A stretch of DNA of 64,000 bases from Paragordius varius (GCA_964247055.1 OZ176052.1:10478001-10542000), one strand, 5' to 3'. Positions 51,900-63,300 are shown, counted from the first letter of the stretch. The notes: generated from the sequence alone by a model not told the origin. Program-made: numbers and translations.

Positions 51900-54499
51900 T
51901 TAATGAAAACATTCATGCAACAGCCATACTTCCTACGTGCTTTTTCAAAAACTCGAGATATTTCTTTACCAAATAATATGGTTGCTTATCACGTTTACAT
52001 ACATTATCTGTTCTTATAGCATAAAGAGTGCGTGGCATATCTTTTTTTCTGTTGCAAACAAGTGGCATTCCTCTATCATTCTATAAATGAAATAATTTAT
52101 TAAAAAATATGCGGTGAAAGGGTTTCGGGGCTTTTTTATAGAAAGTTGTAATGTATGTAAAGTAAGTATGATTATTTTTTTATTCTTGTTGCACAAATCA
52201 AAAAAATTCAATAAATATTTTGTTACCTGACATTCATATGAAGTAGTTTCTGTATTGGCAGTACGAAGTAAGCCTATTGTATCATTATTAGGGACTAAAT
52301 CCACATGTTTAAACTCAGTTTTATAATATGTTCTTTGAGGAGACTGTTGACCTGTAATAATGGTATAATATTTAAACGAAAATGGTAGATTAACCAATAT
52401 TTAAAACGTAATCGTCGTATGCACCATATAATATTGATCAATTAAAAATAAATCGTTTAGGGTTTCCATATAAATTTTTTTAGGATATTTAACATATTTA
52501 CGCTAATTGCACAATTTTGCTCCCATTTGTCATTTAGCTAATTTTTTGGTTTCTTTATATAAATATATATTACAGTTTGTCGAAATGTTTTGATTCAAAA
52601 ATATTAAATAGAAATTTCAACACAAATATATTATGAGCTAATTGTGGTTTAGTTAACCCCATAAATTCTACGATTAAATATTTCTAGACCTGAGGAATCT
52701 ACACCAAATCTTAAACTTTCACAATTAGTGTATGGGCCACGAGGTTCTTCAAAAGAGACGGGTTCCACATTTTGTTCATTTTTTAATACAACAATTGCTA
52801 GCGGATTGTCCGATTTGTACTCTGTACGTTCCACTGAAATATTAAAGGGTTGTGTGCCTTCGATCGTAATATTTTCCGGCCTAAATACAATGTAATGAAA
52901 TTATTTTATTTAGTTTTAAATGAAATATAATTAACTTACATCATTATATAAATGATTTTGTCGATTAAATATGAGTTCTATCAATCCACAGCAAACTGGA
53001 ATGTTTTAATATACCGTCAATTATAATTTTATTAAAATCGCTTCAAAACTTGCATAAATAATATATATCATATATGAATGTTAGTCCGAATCAAAACATA
53101 TTATTTAAATGGTAGCTAGTTGTTTAAAATGCTAACCTTTAGATTACAGAAAAGTTTTTGTGGAATGTAAATAAATTTTTTATTTATTCACGAGAACTTA
53201 TATTATAAGTATATTATTTATGTTAAATTAGGACTGGTTTTAACTGAAAAACATAAATCAATATGATATGAAATTGTTAAGATAATTCCTTAACAAATTC
53301 CAAGAAAGGACTTGTTAAAAAACCATTTTGATATTTTAATTAGCTAAAATTAAATAAAGATGTCTGTTGCCATGTAGGTCTCTTATTAGCCATTTAGAGT
53401 ACCAAAATGACCTATAATAACTCTCGCACTATACGCAAAATTCAAAAATTTTGGATTTTAGAAATATCAAACACTTTTCCAAACATAATAATGGTATCAA
53501 AAATGTATACTTTACGTCTGTTACACATTCCTTTAACGTTACGATATGCTTGGTTGAAATATATACACCTTGACATTTCATCAAAGGAGTCCCCAATTTC
53601 ACCTTAAAATAATTAAAAACTTAAATGACCTATGTGTTTAAACTAATTGTATAAACCTCCCTCTCCATCCTTATAATGAGTTAAATTATGATAGCCTATA
53701 AATTTAAATAATGTAAATCATCATGCACCCGATTATTTTTAAATAAAGTCATAATTTTTATCGTTCGAATTCGTAAACTTATATTTTTATACAAAACGGG
53801 TTATAACGAAATTACGCCATTACATTTCCTGACAATAGTGTCATTAAAAATGGAAAGGAGGTCTGATATATTTTCAGTATTAAAAAAACCATTTTAAACA
53901 TATCGTAAGATTCAAATAAGCCTAAAAGATTAGGTAAGAAAATATACTAAAGTGTCTCATAATAAATTTATTAATGTAAATGATAAATTACATGATAAGT
54001 TAGATCATCCTTTTTTATAACATAATGTTTCTCATCAGCTGGCGTATCTGGCTGGAGACCGCCTAAAAAATCATAAAAATACAACGTGACAGAAAAGGGG
54101 AAGTTAATTAAAAAAATTTCTTTTAAGATATATATTAAAATTTTACACCTTCTCTGAGGGATACAAATAAAAAATTTTTAAAAGTTCATCTGCTATGACA
54201 GTAAAATGTTTCTAGTTATATCTAAGCTTTTTAAAACTATAAAATTTAAAATTTAACAAAGTTTAAATTTTTATTACAAAATATATGTTGGCCAATTCAC
54301 AATATTTTTGGCAATTGGCAATACAGTAGCATACGATATTAAACAAACATTGTCCATAATTAAATAAACAATATGAATGTTGTCAACTAAAAAATTGTTT
54401 AATATCAGACTGTTGTTTTTTATTAGTATATGCTGTATTGCGAATCGGCCAAAGTACTCTGAAGTGTCGTCCAACAATAAAGAAGGCACCGTTAGTGAT

Positions 54500-54537
<38 letters not shown>

Positions 54538-54597
54538 TAATCTACCGCTGATAGAATTGATGAAAAGGGATGCAACAATGACAGTAGTGATAAACAT
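51900..54597 (-). CDS. Secreted catalytically inactive trypsin-like serine-protease homologue (peptidase S1 fold), 224 aa
   Basis: Phase-consistent exons 54546-54597, 53992-54062, 53511-53602, 52690-52880, 52227-52351, 51970-52080, 51900-51932 (total 675 nt). Signal peptide MFITTVIVASLFINS. KCQGVYISTKHIVTLKECV = CGGxLIxxxxVLTAAHC; DNPLAIVVL = NNDIxLxKL; NCESLRFG = CxxSGWG; ECQNDRGMPLVC = CQGDSGGPLVC; LYAIRTDNVC = LxGIxSxGxxC. Catalytic positions read H57E, D102P, S195R. The first two junctions are the least certain. Confidence 0.75.
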
Positions 54598-54657
54598 TAT
54601 ATTGTAATTTTTAAGATACAAATAGCAATTAAATATCAAGCAAATTCTTTTCGGCCC

Positions 54658-54664
54658 TTTTATA
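54658..54664 (-). promoter_or_regulatory. Candidate TATA box of the protease-homologue gene
   Basis: cTATAAAAgg on the minus strand about 60 nt upstream of the ATG at 54597. In AT-rich DNA this is only suggestive. Confidence 0.3.
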
Positions 54665-55005
54665 GATTTCTAACAAACAATTAATATTACGAAATATTGC
54701 CTTATCTGCTCGTAGAATTCATTTTAGTTTAATATTATATCATAATAATTCACGTCAATCTTTGTTAATATTGCACCATTTTATTTGTAATGCTTTGTGA
54801 TTCATACATACTTTAAGAATACTTCTGTAAATGTAACATCATTTCCAATAAAATTGGAAACGTAATCAAATGTTTCAATAACAATAATACATTAGCTATA
54901 TTTTGCGTAATCGGAAACGCAATACATTAAATTATTTAATAATACTTAGTAAATAGTATTGTCAATACATACATGTATATTTCTCAAAAAAAAACAAAAC
55001 GAAAT

Positions 55006-55165
55006 TTAGATGTAAAGAAAAACAATCAGGGCGAACGTGTGTAAAGGTAAATAATATAGGCTTTCATTATTTAATTCGCAAGTATACGCTGTGTTGCGAG
55101 TTATTCTTGGATTATTATGAAATAGAGGACAATTATATGTTATAACGCTACAATGCCCTGTATGG
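55006..55165 (-). CDS. Candidate terminal exon of a second, more diverged secreted protein gene, possibly a paralogue of the protease homologue; may be a pseudogene
   Basis: aatttttatag acceptor, then HTGHCSVITYNCPLFHNNPRITRNTAYTCELNNESLYYLPLHTFALIVFLYI*, loosely matching C...PL.....C......YYL of the neighbour's C-terminus. A clean AG/GT-bounded exon at 57455-57548 (ASKYTNSKTFFGSKIFTINYFDLNWPKIRFL) may belong to it. The rest of the chain was not resolved. Confidence 0.3.
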
Positions 55166-55184
55166 CTATAAAAATTGTTTAATG

Positions 55185-55459
55185 GAGGGATGTCCAACAC
55201 GAGGTCCTCCAAATTTCTGAAGCCCGCGAGAAATTTTAGAAATATTATACACATCTAAATAAAATCGATTTTTTTAAACATATATTCCCATCATATAATA
55301 TTCAGCAATAAACTAGCAAAAATGGTGAAAATAATAGTAGTTTTTGCAGTCATATGGTGTAAAATTCTAATAAATATTTGTTAATGCCCATATATTTTGC
55401 GATGCCCGTCGGTTTTTTGAAAATACGGCCCGTGAAGCCATTTATGTTATACACCCCTT
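55185..55459. mobile_element. hAT-derived MITE (family of 3174 and 8663)
   Basis: Ends gagggatgtccaacac / atgttatacacccct. Interior aaatatttgttaatgcccatat...aagccatttatgtt is shared with 3370-3430. Confidence 0.65.
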
Positions 55460-55517
55460 AAAATGTTATTAAAATAAGGGTCCAAATAAATTAAAGAGAG
55501 CTATTATTGGCCTTTAC

Positions 55518-57113
55518 CAGGGGTTTTTAAACTTTTGTGATTCCCGACCCCATTTATGATTGTGAATTTCTTAGTGACCCCAACAAATATTAAAGAAAAA
55601 TATATTAATATTTTTTGATGATATATTTAGTTAGTAACAATATACATATGCATATGAAAATATATATATTTAGAATTTGTTTTACAACATATAAAAATCT
55701 AATATTGAAATTTGCACAAAATGTTATAGAAATGTTTTTATTAGAGTTTGATAACAAAAGTGAATTCTGACCGTCTTAATTCTCTCGAATATATCCAAGT
55801 AATTGCTTGGTAAATATTAAATTAAAGTTTACGCAATTTTAATGAGATGGATATGCTTGTTTTATTGCATAAAAATAATCTTGGTGTAATGTTGAAACTG
55901 CTGGACGTAAGACCTCATCAACATTGCTGAACGATCTTGGGATGTGTGTTAAAGCTGAGAAAGTAACTTCACATAAATATGTGTTATTGAATCTCAGAAG
56001 TACATAACGCCATATCGGCGATTATGGGAAATTAAGTTCTAGTTGCGATCCAGAATTGAGTCAAAAGCTTTTTTGGTAGAGTTGTAAGTTTAAGTCCCAC
56101 GAAAGCTCAGCAAATTCCTCTTAAGTTCTAAGTGGCAGATGATCAATCTCACTTAGGCCAATCCAAAACAGCCTTCAAATCCAAACTATTTTTTGTAAAT
56201 CAATATTTATTATAAAATATGTCTGGGCCTGTATTTCTAGCGCTTTTAATTGATCTACAATAGTTTTTGCAATAAAAGTTTTGGAATTTTGAATTTTAAA
56301 AATTGTTGACACCGGAAAACATTTCGAACGAATTTTTTTCCACCCTACTTTTCCAAAAGCTGATCTTTTTGATAAAACTTTCAATTTTATCGTTTGAAGT
56401 AAATATATCGCAATTTTTTCCTTGAAGAGATAAGTTAAGATCGTCGCCAAAATATCTGACAAATCACACAGCTTGGATAGCCACAAGTCATTTTAAAAAA
56501 TAATAACAATAATCTTTTTAAAACTTTGACCTCCTGACAACCTTCTTACTTCTGCATGTAATAACAAAGTTGTGTAAATGGAATCCACATCCTTACAGGA
56601 TTTGAAAATAAGCGACTGTTAATGGCTCTTAATAAAGTTTATGACCTTAACAGCACCCTGAAGCACATCGTTCAATTCTGGTGCTACTTTGCTGCAAGAG
56701 CCTCTCGGTGAATAAGGCAATAAGTAAAGTTTATATGATGATAAATAGCAGCTTGAAAAAATGATTCAAACCAAAATTTTTGCTCGATCGCTATTCACCA
56801 TCTGTGCACATACAACAATTTTTCTATTATAATCCTTCTGCTTTTAAAAATTCGTCAACTTTTAAACTGACTCATTCGGAATAACATGCACTTCGTTTAC
56901 AGTCATACAATGACTAGAAAATAAACGAAATGTTAATCTAAATAACACTTAAAAGTTGATAATATTTATCAAGATTTTTTCGGTTTTAAGAGATGACAAA
57001 AGCAAATCTACAGTTTTTATAAATTTCTATAACATCTTCTGAATCATAGCAAATTTATACAGATATCGGAATAGAAATGCTGGTTTAGTCGACCCATAGT
57101 TTAAGAAGCCCTG
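55518..57113 (-). mobile_element. hAT transposon of the Charlie/Buster (SPIN/ZBED8-like) group, internally deleted, with transposase pseudogene
   Basis: TIRs CAGGGGTTTTTAAACT / AGTTTAAGAAGCCCTG (14/16) and TSD gcctttac / gcctatac (7/8). Minus-strand frameshifted remnants in order: VCTDG, CLIHREALAAK...ELNDVLQGAVKVINFIKS, TLLLHAEVRRLSG, WLSKLCDLSDI...DLNLSLQGKNCDIFTSNDKIESFIKKISFWK, TYLCEVTFSAL (C-terminal dimerisation domain). Confidence 0.92.
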
Positions 57114-57903
57114 GCCTATACGATAAGTTATCTGGCTAAAAGGACATTATTTGTACATGCCTTGTGTGAGCGTTTTCATTTTGTTTGTCACATATTTATG
57201 ATATTACACCCCAATTTTTGATAAGGATGAAAAATTTAACCCCGTTAAAAAAATAGCCAATTATACCTATAGTTAAAGTATACAAAATTTAAATTTTCTA
57301 AGTTTGAAAATTATAATGTTGCATCTATATTTTATATGTCAGGTATAAAGATATTATTTAAACGTTTTGTTTAAATAAACAAATATGGGAATATAAAGCT
57401 AAAATAAATTTAATAATATATTATTAAATATTAAGGTTACCATTAATAACATACATAAAAACCGTATCTTAGGCCAGTTCAAATCAAAATAATTGATTGT
57501 AAAAATCTTGGAACCAAAAAACGTTTTGCTATTTGTATATTTAGAAGCCTATATATATTTTCAAAAATTTAGCATATTATTTTGGTGTATAGATGTATAA
57601 ATGATTATATTTTTGCTTTTCCATTGAGATTATATCATCAAAAGGATATGAACTGATAAAAAGGGAATAAAAGTATAAACAATGGAAAAGTTATAGTGTC
57701 CGCAAAAAAATTTCACTTTACGGTGAAAAAATTAAAATTTGGAGCATAAATAAAAAATTAATCCAATTGTTCCTGTTCCATCCTTAGTCAATCCCTAATC
57801 CATCCGGATATTATATGATACAGTTAAAAAACCCCAATAAATTAAATGTTTTGTAATAGACTAACATTTTTTTTGGTGAAAACATCCGATTATTTTAGGG
57901 TAA

Positions 57904-58538
57904 TCTATATATTTATAAAAATGGAATGGCTTTGTGATCTGGTACAGGAAAACCGGTAGACCGATTCAAATCCAAACTTCGAAAAAATATAATCATTAAA
58001 GAATGCCCCGACAATAGCTTCGCCCTTTTTTTGAAAAAGGCCCCCAGTTCGGGCCCACCCCTTGTGAAAAACGGTTTTTTTTTGAAAACACAAGTCCACA
58101 AAAATCGTGTCTTTGAGACAATTTTCTGGAGAACGTGTTGGTATATTCTATTTGAAATATGATTTTTGTTTACTTATTTTCGATTGCGCCGAACATAGTC
58201 GAGTCACTTTTTAGATTTAGGCCCTCTTTTTACCCGCTCCCCCCGTAAAATGCCATTTTTTTCAAAAAAACAAAGTCCACAAAAATAATAGTTTAAATCT
58301 ATTTTTCGCCCTAGGTATGAGACCGTAAAAATCCAATATGGATTCCACGTATTCCCTGTTAAAAGGCAAAAATTGTCAGGCGTTTCTTTGATGATAGCTG
58401 CTGGGTAAGGAGCTACCCGCTAAAAACTGATTCCTCATCTAATTTTGTGATCTGGTATAGACCCATTAAAATCCAAACTCCCCCCCCCCCCAAAAAAGTC
58501 CGAAGGACTTCCTCGGGCTGCCACGAGATTTACGCTAG
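57904..58538 (+). mobile_element. Non-autonomous Helitron, short form, both termini intact
   Basis: a|TCTATATATTTATAAAAATGG ... ctcgggctgccacgagatttacgCTAG|t (hairpin partly deleted). ORFs 57905/57913 mirror 40494, 44871 and 19680. Confidence 0.85.
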
Positions 58539-59495
58539 TAAAATATAAATCGTGTTTTTACCAACGCTTACATTTACTTAATTAAAGTTTTTAAGTCAAA
58601 ACATTTTGTCATTAGAAACAGTGCACAATTTTAATTAACAAACATCATAATTTCCTGTGTTTTGTTTTGAGGGAAGTTGCGTATTAAAATTTTTTAGAAC
58701 TTTAATAGTCCTACATTTAAAACTAGAATTACCCTACCAAAATATTTGTTAATAAAAATAAAATATATATATAAAGAAATCATTCTTTTAACACTTCATT
58801 ATCATTTCATTTCTCCAAGTTTAAATATTGGTATAGTTTATATCCCAAAACAAAATTTCATATCTCATTAAATATTTTTACTTTATAATTTAAATTTTAG
58901 TTTATATTTTTATTTTATTTTTACGTTTGACAAAGATTACTTGTAGTAATCGAAATATTATAATAAATTTATATTATTTTTGCTGAATTATTCCATATAT
59001 AATAAAAATAGACTAGTGTTAAAAGATATTTTAGTTAAAATTATTATTAAACAATTTTGTCGTGTATTAGATAAAAAGCTTATTTTTACAGTTTTGTGAC
59101 TACTGTTGTTTAAAAGGAGAGATAAAAACCACGATTACGAACTGATGTTAAAATATCTTAAGTTTATTTGCTTAAAGCTTTTTAAAAGTAATTATTCACA
59201 TATTCTAATCATAATTTTATTTGATTCCATTAGCAATTCAAAAAGATTTATAGATATCACAAAAAAGCTTGAAAATTTTTTGAATACCCCTAAAGGCTAA
59301 AGAATGAATTTTTTAAAATTTGGCTTAATATTATATACATATAATATTATAATTTAAAATCGTTCTGGAATATTAAAGTACCCTAAAGTCAAGTTTTTTA
59401 AATTTTGAATAAACTCAAAACCAATATATAGCCAAAGTTAATATTTATGACAATTGATAATTTATATGCCATAATATAGCATAAAAATCATTTCA

Positions 59496-59800
59496 TTTTC
59501 GGGGTTATACCCCAGAGCAATGAATATCTTAAAATGTTTTAGCGCAAATTTAAAATATGCTTTCTTTACTTTTTGGCGGACAACACAATAATACATTTTT
59601 AAAAAATAAAAACATCATTCCTTCGTCCCCATTTTATAATATAAATCGCTAATATATTATGCAACATGTATATAATGAAAATATTTTAATTTTAGTAAGC
59701 TTTCTTTCAGGTTCATTTTACCAGAAAAAACTTGATTTTCGATTTTAACAGCTGTTTAGTTTAATCTTATTCGGAGTTCCACGACTCTAGAAGTAGGGGT
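59496..59800. repeat. Partial copy of repeat family D
   Basis: ggggttatacccagagc, aaatcgctaat, cagctgttt and gactctagaagt blocks are shared with 31258-31710. Confidence 0.45.
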
Positions 59801-60373
59801 TTTGACAATTGAATTTTCTATAAAATTTAAAACATTAGTTTATTTACATGATGGAGCTCTGCAATATAAAACTCTCCAATACGTCATCGAGAAACGAGCA
59901 CTATCCTGGCCCTTTTTGCCCTTATTTTCAGTAATCCTTTTAGCTGATGGAAGATTTATTAAATTAAAAATTTCTTTTTTATTTCTCCTTTCCAAAACCA
60001 ACATGAATCTTCAAATTGGAAATAAGCTATTTTCTTTAAAATGGTAAATTTCCTGATATCGCGGGATAAAAATTAAGATATCATATTGCTGGATATGTTA
60101 AAAGAGGTAACCGAACTTATTAATCTACTTACTTATAGATTTTGGGGCATAAAACCGCCTCAAAAAGTCATCGTGTGCAAAAAATGTTATAATAAAGTGA
60201 TAAAATTATAATAAGATTAAATATTGTAGCATAATAAAATATGGTATAATTATTATTTATTTTTAAATATAATATTAATTTTTAAAATTTAGCTTTAGGA
60301 TTGAAAACCAACTGAAACTAATATTTATCCCTCCTAATATATATCATATTATTACCTTTTGCTTTAGGTCCGC

Positions 60374-63300
60374 ATGAGTATTTTAAAAACAAATTTTAAA
60401 CAATCTTTAAGTTTTGAATCTTTCTTATCCAAAAACTTTATTCAAGTAATATATTGATAATATTAGGTTTCAAAAAATGGAAATAAAATATTTTGTCCCT
60501 TTTACGATAATATTAATATTTTGAGTTTTGATAATGGAATTAAACATGATTCAATTGGAAAGGTAATATATTTTGTCTGATATGTAGGATGGAATGGATG
60601 ATATTGTATCATGTTTTACTATTAAAAATGAAGAAAATATCATTGTCGCTTATAAAAATGGTTTAATTAGATTATGGGACGTTTGCAAAAACGAATGTCT
60701 AAGATCGTGGAAAGTAATGTTTGTTTTTAGTTATATTATATATAAGATTTAATTATTGCTATAATTATGTTAGACTTTTACTTTAACGCCAATATGTGCC
60801 ATGTCCATGGGTGATTTAACACAAAGTTTTTTGGCATTTGGAACTACAACCAACGGTTTAATTAAAATTTATGATGTGGAAAATGGTTATTACACACATC
60901 AATTCAAACAAATTGGGGCAGGTGGTGTCAGGTATGCTTATTTTTTGGTTATAAATTAAAAAGGTGTATGAAAATTTTCCTATAATTATATATATATATA
61001 TATATTAGTAACATAACATTTCAATACGATTCGGAGTTAAAAGAAATTGTATGCGTCATAGCAGCATGTGAAAATCATTCAATATATGTTTGGCCGCTTA
61101 ATTCCGAAGATTCTAAATCGAAATCGACAAAAAGTTATATTTGTTAAAACAAAAGATTTTTTTAGTTATATTTTTGCATCTATTATTTGATGTATATAAC
61201 TGGTTTAACACTTGAATACCACCCATTCATATTAGTCCTTCGATTCGAATTGGGGTAGTTAGATACCCTAGGCTTGTTTAAAATTAAATATTATAAAAAA
61301 TATGGAATAAATTGAAACCATGGCAAAAGTCTCGTATAACATTAATGAACCGGAATATAATAAAAAATTTATTCTAAAATACAAGATATTACTTTTTAAG
61401 TGTTAGAACCCAAAAATATAAATATAGCCAATATGACATGTGTTTATTTAAATACAAAAATAATGCAAAATATTTTCTCTGTTTATATCAATGTTAAATA
61501 TAATTTTGATAAAAAAGTAAACTTGATTTCAGGCTTATAATCAAATAAACACGGTATTTTGCAAAAATGTTGTGCAATAAAAATTGCGTCCAAGTAGTTT
61601 GATAAACTTTTTAAAATTTATTTAGATTTGGTTTATTTATATAATTTTCGTTAGAGCATAAATATAAATTGGAACCGTTTCTTCCGGTTAAAAATTTCAA
61701 CTTTGTCTGGGGTATTTACATACCCCAATTTGAATCGAAGTGTTAACTAGGTTTAAATTTTATTATAGATAGTTTTCGGTTTTGTCTGACCTCACACACT
61801 GCTCAAATCACTGGTTTAGTGGTATTACATGAATGCCAAAAATTGATAAGGTATTTAATTTTATCAATAAATAAATAAATATAATATAACTCAGCGGTAC
61901 TCAAACTGCAAGCAAAGGGCCGCATGTGGCCCTTAAAACGCTTTTTATGGCCATTAATTATTTACTAAATATATTTATTTGCTTATTTTAAGTATAAATA
62001 TCTGTAAATCTGTCAACAGCTATGAACACAGTTTTTATAGTTTTTAGCATTAATATTTTATAGAAGATTTATCATATTATTTATGTATTCCGACCCTATC
62101 GTTTAAACCTTTTCAATCAATTGATCAAGTAATTATCATATTTTGCAATATTTGATTAATATGTTTTTTTATCAAAATAAGCGATTAATCACTCTTTGTA
62201 ATAGGAAATTAACTGTTGATTAGTGCGGTTACAATTTCAAAGGTGTGGGAGAAATTAACCATGCCATAGCTGCTTTATAGTGACATTAGATATAACTTGC
62301 CTATTCTAGGCCCTTTTCGCTTAGCACTTTAGATTAATGTTTGTTTTTTATATATTATTATAATTGTCAAAGTTTCTTTTTTTTTATTGAGAATCTTTTA
62401 AACGTAAAAATGTAATTATAGGCTGATATTTTATCTTTATTGATGAAAGCAAGACTCTGAAAACATTCCTTTTTTTTCAAATAAAGTGTATATATATATA
62501 TATGATCTTTTATTAAACGTTTTTTCCAGAATCCTTATGTTTAATAGTGTTTTTTTATACATATATCTAAATCTTTACTTGTTAAAAAATTATTTAAGCC
62601 ATTTTTAATTTGTACCACCCATTATATTTTTTATTACAGTTGCGCTCAAGATCGACTTATTATTTTGTGGGATCTGATTGTTGGCCGACCCCTAAAATTA
62701 TTTCAAACGAAAGCTTCACTATGTGCTGGAATATCCCTAATACCCAATCAATTTAGCAATGTATCATCATTAGAGGACAAAATTGATACTAATGATTTTA
62801 ATAATGACAAGGATTTGCAACACAAATATTCATTTATCACTATTGATGCCAGTTCTGACCTGGTCTGTTGGTGTTTACAACTGTTTTCATCATCTGATAC
62901 CACGAAAAGCATAAATGATGATGATACTGTTGGAGATAACATTGCTATAAAAGGTTAAATTCATTTATAATTTTCGTTTAGCATTTCAATACTTTTTCGC
63001 ATCAATATACATGTGTGTAAATATTGTAAACATATAACTTAATTGGTTAAGTAAATTAATTTAACCTCAAGCCTCTAATCGTTTTTCCATAAGCTTGTTG
63101 ATATTAAGTCGCGTTTGTCGATGTTATCATAATAAAATCTTCCGCATAAAGATTATGGGCGTACCGATTGTCATATCTTTAATTATTTCATTTTTAAAAT
63201 AGCATATTGATGAAGTCCCTTATTTAATGATTGGGAAGCTTTTTGAATCCAATTGACGCTATTTTTACTGTAATACAGGCAGAAAACGCACTATAACATA

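Noticed and set aside
52940-53430. Alternative small exons (NSYLIDKIIYIM, CCGLIELIFNRQNHLYND, CESYYR, ARVIIGHF) and a lipocalin interpretation of the 52-54 kb gene
   Set aside because: They are unnecessary once the phase-0 frame at 53602 is used, which splices directly to 52880 and yields colinear trypsin motifs.
54274-54639. 121-aa ORF as a single-exon protein
   Set aside because: It runs through a (TA)n tract and repeat family E. Only 54546-54597 is used in the model; a cassette exon starting at 54460 (branch-point-like cactaac upstream) remains unproven.
54425-55100. Hexapeptide RNTAYT encoded at both ~54430 and ~55090 with only synonymous differences
   Set aside because: At 54430 that frame cannot be joined to any upstream exon or ATG, so it is treated as chance or a tiny local duplication.
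60133-60150. Minus-strand ATG exon as the start of a divergent protein
   Set aside because: Careful reading gives ATG CCC CAA AAT CTA TAA, a stop before the donor.
60446-60466. Stop-codon read-through or an alternative genetic code instead of a 21-nt intron
   Set aside because: TGA, TAA and TAG all occur in frame within the 21 nt, the other genes use standard stops, and retaining the segment would add a 7-residue gap to an otherwise ungapped alignment.
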